Of a stretch of 64,000 bases of DNA, positions 52,322 through 63,827 are shown one piece after another. This DNA is from Selaginella moellendorffii. Taxonomy: Eukaryota; Plantae; Lycopodiophyta. Numbering within the stretch: position 1 is the first letter of the stretch; the number at the start of each line of letters is the position of its first letter. The notes under the pieces were generated by a model that was not told the DNA's origin, did not search any database, and saw only the letters and a program-made list of their open reading frames with translations. The DNA is taken from positions 186,001 to 250,000 of the forward strand of contig NW_003314346.1 of NCBI RefSeq assembly GCF_000143415.4, written 5' to 3'. A program made the position numbers and the translations under genes.

Positions 52322-54974
52322 TTAATGAATCTCACCTTGAACCCGGGTTACGAATGCTCTTGCTGCATCTCTTGCATGGTCTGGCAAGGTGATGGTGGCA
52401 CTCTGCTTCCGCATCCAACCATGCACAACATTATCCACCGATATGCTCATGCTGGGATCCCTTGGATTCAGCACCCATCTCTTTTCTAGGCAATCCTTCG
52501 TATATCTGGAACTTGGCTTGAACCACTCCACAGTTACATTGAAGGAGTTAGTTTCCGTGTCCTCCTCTGCATCAGTGATGCAGCGCCCCACCCATATCAT
52601 TTGTTTTTTATTACTGGGTCTGACAAGCACGACCATTCCTTTGCAGACCTGTACTGGATTGAATGCTGAATCCGGCTTCTTGTTCCTCGGCCCACAATAG
52701 TGTTCCTCAACATCGTTATCTGTCACTGCATTTCCAGAGGACATTGTTCCGCTACTATCTGGTGCTCTGGGTTCTAGCCAAAAGGACTCTTCCAATTCTT
52801 CATATACAACCGGCCCATTTTGGATAGCAGATATAATCTTCTCCCAGTATTCAAGCAAAGGCTTGCACCTCTTAAAATAGGATTCTCCACCAAACACCAA
52901 CCCCCTCTTCCAGAAGGCAATATGCTGTCTAATCCCGGCCATTATACTTTCCTGGTCTTTGAGTCCATCCGGGTGCATCGGCCGTGGGGAACCCTGAGGA
53001 ATCATAGACGTACATGTTTTTGTTCTCACTGCCAGCATTGTCTGTATGGAGCAGAAGATGGGGTGGAAGGCCATATCGGCCGCAAGAACTTCCTTGAGAT
53101 TCTGCTTCATTTGGATGAGGCTGTGCATTCACCGGGCGACCAGCCTCGTCGGAATGGCATGAGGCCTCACGTGATAACCCTACAATCTGACGGCCAACAT
53201 ATTCACTAGGATGGTATGGGGCCCCACGCGATACTGCAAGCCTTTGCTCCTCCTCCAGCTGAACCCTGTATGGGGTTCGATTGACAAGGGCCTTATGCAA
53301 GGGTTGGCCGTTCAGCTCAGTCTGCGCACTTTGCAGAGACCTTAAGTGTTTTGCTAGGGACGCAATCATCATGTTTGCACCCCCGCCACCCCATAGAGGT
53401 ACAAAGAAGTTCCCATAGTTCTGGGCACCATGCCCATGAGCGATTATGCCAAACAGAGACACAGGCAGCTCCATGGATGAAGAGATTGCCTTGGGGGCAG
53501 GATTGAGTCGAGGTAAGCACGTCTTTTTCTGGTCCATTTTGTCGTGGATGATGCAGAGGTAAGAGTCCGGTCTCTCCATGGAGAGAATCATGTTATGATA
53601 AGATGCAGTCCTACAGCTTCTCTGTTCGATGTTGTGGTCGAGCCGCCTTCTAACCAACGTCTCTCGCTCTTGAGCGCTGCAAGAATTCTTCGACAAAGCC
53701 ATTTTGATAGCAGTGCACTCGTCACACTTTGAAAAGCTGGAGTACTTTCCTATACTCACATCCCTGAACCTGTTTCTCCACAATCTACTAAATCTAGATC
53801 GGCTCAGCTTCCTGTAGCCATTACTCTGGAGTTCCCGATTCACATCTTCCAATATGGCCCTCTTGGTATACATGGAAGGGAGAACTCGTTGGGTGTCTCG
53901 TGTTCCATCTTCCAAGAGGCAGGTTTTCTGTGGTTGCTGCTCGCTACATGTCTCGACAAACCTCTTGAAGATTGCCTCTCCATATACAACATGACCCCTG
54001 GTTTTGTGCGTACCGTCGTTCCCATGGACTGCCTGTTGAACCCTTTATTCCTCGAACTCAGTTTTGATTCTGTAGAATGTGGTTCGAGGGACTCCATATA
54101 TGATTCTCCATGCCTTCATGCAGACCAAACCCCTCTGGAAGACCATGCCCCCCACCTGATGTTCTGAAGCATCAACAGATGACCATAATGCCTTATACAC
54201 AAAATTGCGAGCTACCTTCCAGGACAATGTCTTGTATCTTGCTCTCTCCTCTTCAATAGCATCCCAATCAGCATGTTGACAGCACCTCCTCTTGCAACAA
54301 GCAACTGTCGAGACCATTCGAACCTCCATCGCCATTTTCTGCCTTTTCGGTTCGTTGCTCAGATCCCTTTGGCTGCGCTTTAGGAAGGTGTACTTTCTTT
54401 TCCCATGAAGAGATGTTCTGTCATCAGTTGTAGTGGTGTTTGATTGTGAATCCTTCACATTCTCAAACACTAAGTGCCTCAATTTCCACCGCACAATGCT
54501 TCCAATAGTCAGACTGTTTTCTTCTGTGTCAACAACCTCTAAAATCGCAACTCCAATATCATCCCAGCCCAATTCTTGATTAGCAACCGCATCTCTTGGA
54601 TCGACAACTGTGGCTAAGCTCTCAGCTACCACCTCCCCCTCGGGGTTGTTTAGAAACACCTTTTCCTGAATCCATGTAGCACGGTTCTTAAGATCCACGG
54701 AGGGAACATGCGTCGCACTTGTGCTGTCCCCAACATCTGCTTTCTTCTGAAGATTTTTCAAGGCAACAACAACATTTACCCCGACGACTGTCTCTCCTCG
54801 TTCAATAGCGACCACATTCCCATCGAAGACAGTCTCTACTGATACAGTAGCATTGCATTCCCCAAGCCTTTGCAAGTGTATAACAAAGTTTCGATCCATA
54901 GACACAAGGGTCCCTTTTGCAACTCTCTTCCCACCATTCAAAATGTAAACCTTTTCCCCAACCCTGAAGGCCAT
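52322..54974 (-). pseudogene. Sola1-like transposase pseudogene, copy 3
   Basis: Stop at 54045-54047; ~415-bp deletion at 53007/53008 removes the GHTHEDVD motif. Confidence 0.88.
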
Positions 54975-56943
54975 TCTGAAAGTGCAGAAAAGAAGTTAAG
55001 ACCATACAAAAAATGATTGGAGAATGGCCTAAATCATAACATACCAAACAACCTCAATAGCATGAGGCCACATGCCATTATTCAAACATGCTATTGACAC
55101 CCATGTGAAATTTTGCATTCACAAAATTGGCATGAGCCCTCATGCTATCTTGATATACACACAGCTGCAGGCAAGTAAAAACATACATGACAATACGCTA
55201 GCCATGAAATTGCAAGGGCCCAAGATGGCATGTGGCCTCATGCCATTTCTAAATGTGGTCCTAAGCCATTCCATGGTGAACATACCAGGAAGCACAAGTG
55301 CCGAATATCAAGAGGAAGTGGTAGCCACACCAAAGACAGTGCCGCTCGCAACATTGCAACTACTCGTAGCGCCGCTCGCAACACCGCAACTGCTCGTAGC
55401 ACCGCTCGCACAAACTGCCACTCGCATAAACTGCCGCTCGCAATGGCACTCGCAATGCCGCAACCGCTTGTAGACGCATAAACCACAGCTCACAATGCCG
55501 CTTACACAAGCAGCGCTCACTGCGCTCAGCAGAACCAAGAACACGGCACACAAAAATGATAGACCTAGGAATGAGTTCGAGAATTCAAAAATAACACACG
55601 CTTGAACGTCACATCAAATCCTCTGACAAACCAGATTTTATGATTCCTCTGATAAATTTCAAACTGAGTAGCTTCTAGACTTTGCTATCGGAGGTTGAAC
55701 TTTGTCACATCATGTCCTTGCCTCGATCCAGCTATGTGTAAGGAACCGACTCCCCGAGATGTCGTAGGCTAAAGGATCCCCAAAAGCTTGACCGAAGTGA
55801 CAAAGAGTTCATCGGATGGGACCAAGTCGAGGATCGAGTCCAAGACCGACTCTAGGACCGAGTTCGAGATAGAGTCCGGAATCGAATCCGAGACCGACTC
55901 GGGGACCGAGTTCGAGTCCGAGTTCGAGACCGAGTTCGAGACGGAGTCCGGATCCGAAATCGGGTCCGAGACTGAGTCCGAGGTCGAGTCCGAGGTCGGG
56001 TCCGAGATCGGGTCCGAGATCGAGTCCGTGATCGAGTCCGAACCCGAATCCGAAGTCGGATCCGAAATCGGGTCCGAGATCGAGCCAGAGACTAAGTCCA
56101 AATACTAATACGGGTCAAGGGGTGAAAGCCCAAAGCGTGCATCTCCCGGGGGGGGGGGGGCTGCAGGGGGTTCCAAAAGTATAGTAGGGATAGTGAGGTC
56201 TAGGAATCAGTCTTGAAGGAATTCTCCAGTTGGGCTTCCAAACCGACTTGAGGTTGGGACTGGGACCGAGGGGCCTTGGGTGGGAGTGAGCATGGGCTTG
56301 GCTGGTGCCGGAGGGGCCACCCAGAGAAGTGCTCAAGAGCAGCTCCCACTCCCGAAAGGGAAACCGGTTGCGGTGCTCCCGGCTCAGGTGGAGTGGTGCC
56401 CCACTTGAGTACCTTGTGGCTCATTGGTCCTCGCCCTTCCGGGGGCTTGGGCCTTTCCTTCGGGATGGAAGAGGGGGGGTAGAGGTACCCATACCGGGCC
56501 GTTAGGCCACGGTGTTTCGCCCCGACGTCCCGAAGCAAGTACTGCACCCAAGGCTTGGGATTTAGAGGGTCCCATGATCAAGCCTTGTGATACCTTGGGG
56601 TGTTAGGAATCTGGAGGCTTGGTGTGCTTGGCTGCTTGTGCCTGCGGGGAGTGTAGCCGAACCTTAAGTCCAGTCTAACCCGGGGAGGGGGATTGGGAGA
56701 GATTTGGGAATCCGTAGATGGATGGCTAACACTCCGTTGCTCGTGCAGTAAGTAGTTGAAACCAAGTAGGAGCTGGCACCATAGGCGAGAACCTTGGCGA
56801 GGGAACTTAGCACAAGCCAAGGCGGAGTTGGTCGGATAGGCGAGGTAAGCTGGCAAATTGGAAAGGAAAAATTTGTGGCTTACAATTTGGTATCGGAGCC
56901 TTCTCCTCAGTTCTAGCGAAGGATAGAGGCGGATTGCTGGGAG

Positions 56944-59900
56944 ATGGCAAGGGCAGGGCATAAGCGAACCCAGCGGACAGAACCTCCGCCAGAGCTGGAG
57001 CCTCCGGTCGAACAAGAGGCTATGGATGAGGAATCCTTGCATGAGGAGGACTCTAGTGAGGAAACTTCCAAACAGGAGTCCGGTGGCGAGGTTCGGTCGT
57101 CCAAGGCTCGATTGGACGTTCTAGAAGGTCAATTGGCGCAGACCAATGCCCTGCTGGAGACTCTCGTACGCAAGCTAAAGCGTGACGAGAAACGGAAGAA
57201 AAGGCGAAAGACTGCGGATGCTGGCAGCGCAGAAGGTGCGGACCCTTCGGCAGGGACTGAGGCAAAACCAGACAAGGTCGAACAGACCGAAGTGGAATCA
57301 GTCCCTCAGGCAGTTCCCAAGTACAAACCAAAGCCCCCACCGGTGTTCAAGGGAGTGAACGACTATAAGGTTGTGGAGGATTGGTTTTACGATATGGAGG
57401 ACTACTTCCGAGCGTTACGGTTACCGAGCTCGGAGAAGGTCCCATGTGCAAAACCATACTTGGCAGATAATGCCAAGTCTTGGTGGAGAACAACGGAGGC
57501 CAACGAAGGACCGGTGGCCACCTGGGACATGATGAAGGCGAGGATCCGCGCGACATACGTTCCTCCGAATGCCACTCTGCATCTGAGAGATGAGCTGAGT
57601 AGGCTGAAGCAGACTGGAACCATCCAGGAATATGTGAATGGGTTCATGGCAAAGAGGATACTTGTCACGGACATGGGGGATATGGATGCGTTCCATGCCT
57701 TTATATCAGGTTTGCAAACCTGGGCTCGCGGTGAGGTGATGCGCTGGAACCCGACCAACTACAAGGAAGCGTTGGATGCGGCCATCAAGGTGCATTTCAA
57801 CGATAACCTGCGAAAGGGGAACACGACGGGGTCGGGATCCACATTTCACAAAGGGGCCAAACCGAGGGGAACATATAGCAGGGGGAAATTCAAGAAGAGT
57901 TTCTCTAAGAATGAGTCCTCGGGATTTCGGAAAGGCAAATCCGGTGGCCAGCGAGCAAGTACGTGGGGGAGTCAAGCGAAAAGAGACAAACCCACGGATA
58001 AGAAGGTCAAGTCATATAGCAGCGTGGGAAACAACGTATGCTATAACTGCGGTGAAGCGGGACACTTTTCAAGGGAATGTCCCTACCCGAAGAAGGCCAG
58101 AGCCAATATGGCCATCAAGTCGGGCGAAGTCCAAAATGAGGTATGTGATCCAGTCCCTAACTCAAAGTTACTCATTACACGAGCAACTTTGGTAGAGAGT
58201 CGGTCGCGACATCTACTAGCCCTCCGAGGGAAGCTCGGAGGTAGCTTTGTTAAGATCCTTATTGACACGGGTGCTTCGGATAATTTTGTGGCTGCAGACA
58301 TAGTCCGGCAAGCCGGACTAACGGTGCAGCGGCTAGGCGAACCAAGGACTATAGAGTTTGTTCAAGGTAGCCAAAGCACCGATGAGGTACTTCGACAAGC
58401 GAAAGTCGAAGTAGGGACTTGGAAGGTAGACATGGATTTCACCGTGTTGGACATGGCGGGATTTGAGGTGATCTTCGGGATGGACTGGTTCAATCGGTTC
58501 GTGGTAGCCCTACATGGACAAGGTAGGAACCTTGTGGTACTGGCGAATGCCCAAGGAAGAAGATCTAGGGTGGAAGCCCAGGATCTAAAGGTAGGGCAAA
58601 GCAAGGCCAAAGAATCCTGCTTAAACCTGGTGTCCACGAGAGGACAACTCACTAAAGGAACTAAGGCAGCCTTTTTGTGCTTACTCTCGGTGAAGAGTGA
58701 CAAAAAGACAAGAACGGAAGAAGTGCCTTTAGTGATCCAGCGGGTGTTGGACCAATTCCAGGATACCATGCCGGAGGAGCTACCGGCGGGGCTGCCCCCA
58801 GCACGACCGATAGAACATAAGATTGAGCTGGTCGAGGGTGCTGAGGCAGTGGTTCGTCCCCCTTATCGTTTGAACGAAAAAGAACTCAAGGAGCTCAGGT
58901 GCCAACTAGAGGAGTTGGTGGACAAAGGGTATGTTAGGTTGAGCAAGTCGCCGTATGGGGCGCCGGTGTTATTTGTGAAAAAGAAAGATGGATCTATGCG
59001 CATGTGCATAGACTACCGCTTGCTCAACAAGTATACAAAGAAGAACAAGTACCCTTTGCCAAGGATTGAGGACCTGTTCGATAGGTTGGGAAAGGCAAAA
59101 TACTTCTCGAGGATTGACCTAAGGTCAGGATACTACCAGATCAGGGTAGCCGAGGAAGATGTCGAGAAGACAACCTGTCGAACGAGGTATGGGAGCTTTG
59201 AGTTTCTGGTGATGCCCTTCGGGCTATGTAATGCGCCGGCAACGTTTTCGGCGCTAATGAACCACGTCTTTGTACCCTATCTGGATCACTTCGTGGTCGT
59301 CTATATCGACGACATCCTGATCTATAGCGAGACGCTAGAAGAGCATGCCGAACACTTGGCGAAGGTGTTTGAGAAACTAAGGGAACACAAGCTGTATGCT
59401 AAAGAGAGCAAATGTGACTTTGCTCAACAAGAGGTAAAGTTTCTCGGGCATGTGGTGGGCCAGGACGGGCTCAAGGTGGACCCGGAGAAGGTCCAAGCGA
59501 TCCAGGAATGGGAGCGACCATCGAATGTACATGAGTTGAGGGCGTTCCTGGGGCTATGCAACTACTATCGAAAGTTTATCAGACACTATTCAAGAGTAGC
59601 CCTGCCCTTAACGGACCAAACAGGAAAAGGGAAGATGGTATGGACAGCAGAATGCGAGGCGGCATTCGTCCACCTCAAAGGGAAGTTGAGGAAGGCTCCC
59701 GTATTGGCATTGCCAGACTTTGGTAAGGACTTTGAGGTAGAAACGGATGCTTCGGACTTTGCGTTGGGCGCAGTTCTGAAGCAAGACAACCATCCGGTAG
59801 CGTTCTTCTCGAAGAAGCTGGACAAGGCTCAACGGAAGTGGCCTGCCCATGAGAAGGAATTGTTTGCGGTGGTCAAGGCACTCAAGGAGTGGCGACACTA

Positions 59901-61713
59901 CCTTGGGAGACACTTCAAGGTTTACACGGACAATGTGGCGACGAAACACTTCTTGTCACAGCCCGACCTAAGAGGGAAACAAGGTCGGTGGGCCAATGCC
60001 TTGGCCGAGTTTGATTGCGAAATTCTGTACAAGCCTGGGAAGAGCAACATCGTGGCGGATGCGCTAAGTCGAAAAGCGAGCTTGAAGTTGGCAATATCCA
60101 GCGCAACAGCAACCTTCTGGGACGATGTGCGGACAGCATATGAGAACGATGGTCTAGCACAAGAAGTGTTGCTGAGGAATCTAGAGGCGCGGGAAGCTCA
60201 CCAGAGAGGTGAGCTGCCAACGGAAGAGAAAACGGGCTATGCGGAACGCAACGGACTCATTTATTACAAGCAAACGAGGGTGTATGTTCCAGAAGGGGAA
60301 CTAAGGAAGGTGGCCTTAGAAGAGTGTCATGACGGACCTCTTGCGGGACACGGCGGAGTGCCCAAGACGATGGGCTTACTCAAGAGGAAGTACCATTGGC
60401 CAGATATGGCTAAGGACGTCCAAGACTATGTAAAGACATGTCCAACATGTCAGCAGGTCAAAGCCGTGACTAAGGCTAGTGGGGGCTTGTTGCAAAGCAT
60501 CCCAATTCCAGATCGCCCGTGGAAATGTCTTACGATGGACTTCATCACGGGACTACCCCCAAGCGAGGGGTTTGATGCGATATTCGTGGTGGTGGACCGA
60601 TTTTCAAAGATGGCACATTTCATACCCACCACAACGGACGTGGATGCGGAAGGTGTGGCGAAGCTGTTCTTTGAACAAGTGGTTCGAGTGCGGGGAAGGC
60701 CGGAAGAGATTATCTCAGATCGAGATAAGATCTTCACTAGTAGGTTCTGGAGGACACTCCTAGAACAGTATCGCACCAAATTGAAATTCAGCACAGCCTA
60801 TCACCCACAGACAGGTAATGGGTATTAAGTCAAGATTGATGGCACTAACACTTCTTGACAGACGGACAAACGGAAAGGGTGAATAGGCAGCTGGAGGATT
60901 ATTTGCGATGCTATGTCTCGGGAGACCAGACCGACTGGGTAAGTCATTTGGGACTTGCGGAAATGTGTTATAACAACTCACCACACTCAAGCATCGGGGT
61001 GAGTCCATGGGAAGTCATCAATGGGCGAGCTATTGAAGGTCCTGTGGAACTCGGCGTGGCCGAGTATCATGGAGAGTTACCCGCAGTGGAGGCATTCACG
61101 GCGGAAAGACTCAACATTTGGAATCTAGTGAGGGATTCCTTGGAACGGGCTCAACAAAGGCAAACTAAGTACGCGAACCAAAAGCGTCGGGATGTGGAGT
61201 TCCAAGCTGGGGAGAAGGTGTGGCTGAACACCAAGAACCTCAGACTACCAAGCTGGATCAGCCGAAAGTTGACCCAAAGGTAAAGACGCATGTATTCCTG
61301 TAAATGAATTGATCTTGAGTTCCTTAAGCAGGTTCGCGGGGCCTTATAAGATTGAGGCACGAATCGGTAAAGTGGCTTACCGACTCCAACTTCCTCGAGA
61401 GATGGGGAAGATGCACCCAGTGTTCCACGTGAACTTACTCAAGCCGTACTTTGAGGATCCGCTTCGCAAGGACCAAGTGAGACCTTTACCTGAGGTTATC
61501 CAAGGGGAAGAGGAATACGAAGTCGAGGCCATCCTCAATGCGCGCAAGAGCAAGCGACAAGGACGCGAGGTGAGAGAGTTCCATGTGAAGTGGAAAGGAT
61601 TTCCACACTGCGAAGCAACGTGGGAACCGGAGGAGAACCTAGCGAACGCTCGAGATCTAGTGGAGGAATTTCTGCAAGGCAGAACTTTATGTACTTATGC
61701 AAAATTCAATTAA
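56944..61713 (+). CDS. Gag-Pol polyprotein (Gag, CCHC, PR, RT, RNase H, IN, chromodomain); spliced join(56944..60814,60862..61279,61332..61713), 1556 aa
   Basis: [40 protein letters not shown] and MDF...SDRD...TER motifs, plus EEYEVEAIL...VKWKGF...TWEPEENL chromodomain. The three ORF pieces join in frame only after removing two GT-AG segments. Confidence 0.88.
60815..60861 (+). other. Spliceosomal-type intron 1 (47 nt) in the integrase core
   Basis: G|GTAATG...CACTAAC...TTCTTGACAG|AC; removal gives HPQT-D-GQTER. Confidence 0.85.
61280..61331 (+). other. Spliceosomal-type intron 2 (52 nt) before the GPY motif
   Basis: AAAG|GTAAAG...TTCCTTAAGCAG|G; removal gives KLTQ-R-FAGPY. Confidence 0.85.
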
Positions 61714-61808
61714 AAATATCAATTTGCAAAGTTGAGCAAATGGCATATGTTGGGACCCGAAGGCGCGCCAAAGGTAAGCTAATTAGCATGGGTTGGATAG
61801 GTCGACCA

Positions 61809-62053
61809 GGCGTAGGGCACTACGCCCGACTCCCTGCGGGGATGTCGAATCCGTAGACGTATTCTACGGAGGTTGGGTTCGAGTCCCAACCCCCTAGTAA
61901 AGCAAGGCTGGGTTCAAGTCCCGACCCTATACTAGGGCGTGGTGAGGTGAGGAATATAGGGACACCTATATTCCGTTGTCATGGGCTCTTGGCCGGGGAG
62001 GCTAACTTAGGCACACCGCTAAGTGGGGGGATGCCCCCGGAGACATGGACAAC
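61809..62053 (+). other. Putative structured RNA in the chromovirus 3' UTR (double T-loop, GACA hairpin)
   Basis: Successive hairpins with compensatory differences relative to family A 3559-3970; also present at ~49407-49660. Confidence 0.6.
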
Positions 62054-63801
62054 AAGTCGTAGGATAAAACGAGACGTTCGATGTGGGCATCGAACTTCTT
62101 CTATGGGTGGTGGAGTTGTAAGGAACCGACTCCCCGAGATGTCGTAGGCTAAAGGATCCCCAAAAGCTTGACCGAAGTGACAAAGAGTTCATCGGATGGG
62201 ACCAAGTCGAGGATCGAGTCCAAGACCGACTCTAGGACCGAGTTCGAGATAGAGTCCGGAATCGAATCCGAGACCGACTCGGGGACCGAGTTCGAGTCCG
62301 AGTTCGAGACCGAGTTCGAGACGGAGTCCGGATCCGAAATCGGGTCCGAGACCGAGTCCGAGGTCGAGTCCGAGGTCGGGTCCGAGATCGGGTCCGAGAT
62401 CGAGTCCGTGATCGAGTCCGAACCCGAATCCGAAGTCGGATCCGAAATCGGGTCCGAGATCGAGCCAGAGACTAAGTCCAAATACTAATACGGGTCAAGG
62501 GGTGAAAGCCCAAAGCGTGCGTCTCCCAGGGGGGGGGGGCTGCAGGGGGTTCCAAAAGTATAGTAGGGATAGTGAGGTCCAGGAACCAGTTTAGAAGGGA
62601 CTCTCCAGTTGGGCTTCCAAACCGACTTGAGGTTGGGACTGGGACCGAGGGGCCTTGGGTGGGAGTGAGCATGGACTTGGCTGGTGCCGGAGGGGCCATC
62701 CAAGGAAGTGCTCAAGAGCAGCTCCCACTCCCGAAAGGGAAACCGGTTGCGGTGCTCCCGGCTCAGGTGGAGTGGTGCCCCACTTGAGTACCTTGTGGCT
62801 CATTGGTCCTCGCCCTTCCGGGGGCTTGGGCCTTTCCTTCGGGATGGAAGAGGGGGGGTAGAGGTACCCATACCGGGCCGTTAGGCCACGGTGTTTCGCC
62901 CCGACGTCCCGAAGCAAGTGCTGCACCCAAGGCTTGGGATTTAGAGGGTCCCATGATCAAGCCTTGTGATACCTTGGGGTGTTAGGAATCTGGAGGCTTG
63001 GTGTGCTTGGCTGCTTGTGCCTGCGGGGAGTGTAGCCGAACCTTAAGTCCAGTCTAACCCGGGGAGGGGGATTGGGAGAGATTTGGGAATCCGTAGATGG
63101 ATGGCTAACACTCCGTTGCTCGTGCAGTAAGTAGTTGAAACCAAGTAGGAGCTGGCACCATAGGCGAGAACCTTGGCGAGGGAACTTAGCACAAGCCAAG
63201 GCGGAGTTGGTCGGATAGGCGAGGTAAGCTGGCAAATTGGAAAGGAAAAATTTGTGGCTTACACTATGCCATGTCAGTGATTCGAACTTTGCCATGCCGT
63301 GTCAGCGATCCGCGCCAAGATTATTCGCCGTGTAAAGGAATAATTATGCTGTGTGTGTACGTGCATTTATGGCAATATAAGGCCACACGCCATTCAAAGA
63401 ATAATGCTAGTCGAGCATTTTTTGGTGCATTTTTGGGTTCAAAATTGCATGAGCCCACATGCTATAAAGTTTACCTGTACCAAAAATAGAAACAGCTTTA
63501 TTTACTTGGGAATTTAAGTGGTTGAGGCATTTTTAAACTTACAAACACATGCCCTACTTACATTCCTTTGGTTGCTTAAAATTCAAAAATATTATAAACC
63601 TTTCTTTTTGCATTTTCAATGTTTTCAATTATGGTTTTTGATTTTCGTAGGACCAGCCTAGTAATCTATTTGCATCCCGTCATGTTTATAGCTAGCTTTC
63701 GTTTGTCCCCTTCACTAGCCTCAGATACATCTGCTCGGCATCTGCCTCTTACAGCATTTGCCCAGAAAGGGCATCTTTCTTCACGCAGCTTTTGCCACAT
63801 G

Positions 63802-63827
63802 TTTAGGGTTTAGGGTTTAGGGTTTAG
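63802..63827 (+). repeat. Internal telomere-type repeat, Sola copy 3
   Basis: (TTTAGGG)3 followed by TTTAG. Confidence 0.9.

Larger units (their letters stand above)
55737..63263 (+). mobile_element. Intact Ty3/Gypsy chromovirus (family B)
   Basis: LTRs 55737-56884 and 62117-63263 (TGTAAGG...CTTACA), TSD CTATG (55732-55736 and 63264-63268), PBS 56888-56899, PPT GGGTGGTGGAGT before 62117. Confidence 0.97.

Noticed and set aside
60815-61331. Integrase breaks as sequencing errors or random frameshifts
   Set aside because: They are discrete 47- and 52-nt inserts with GT-AG ends, present identically in a diverged second copy.
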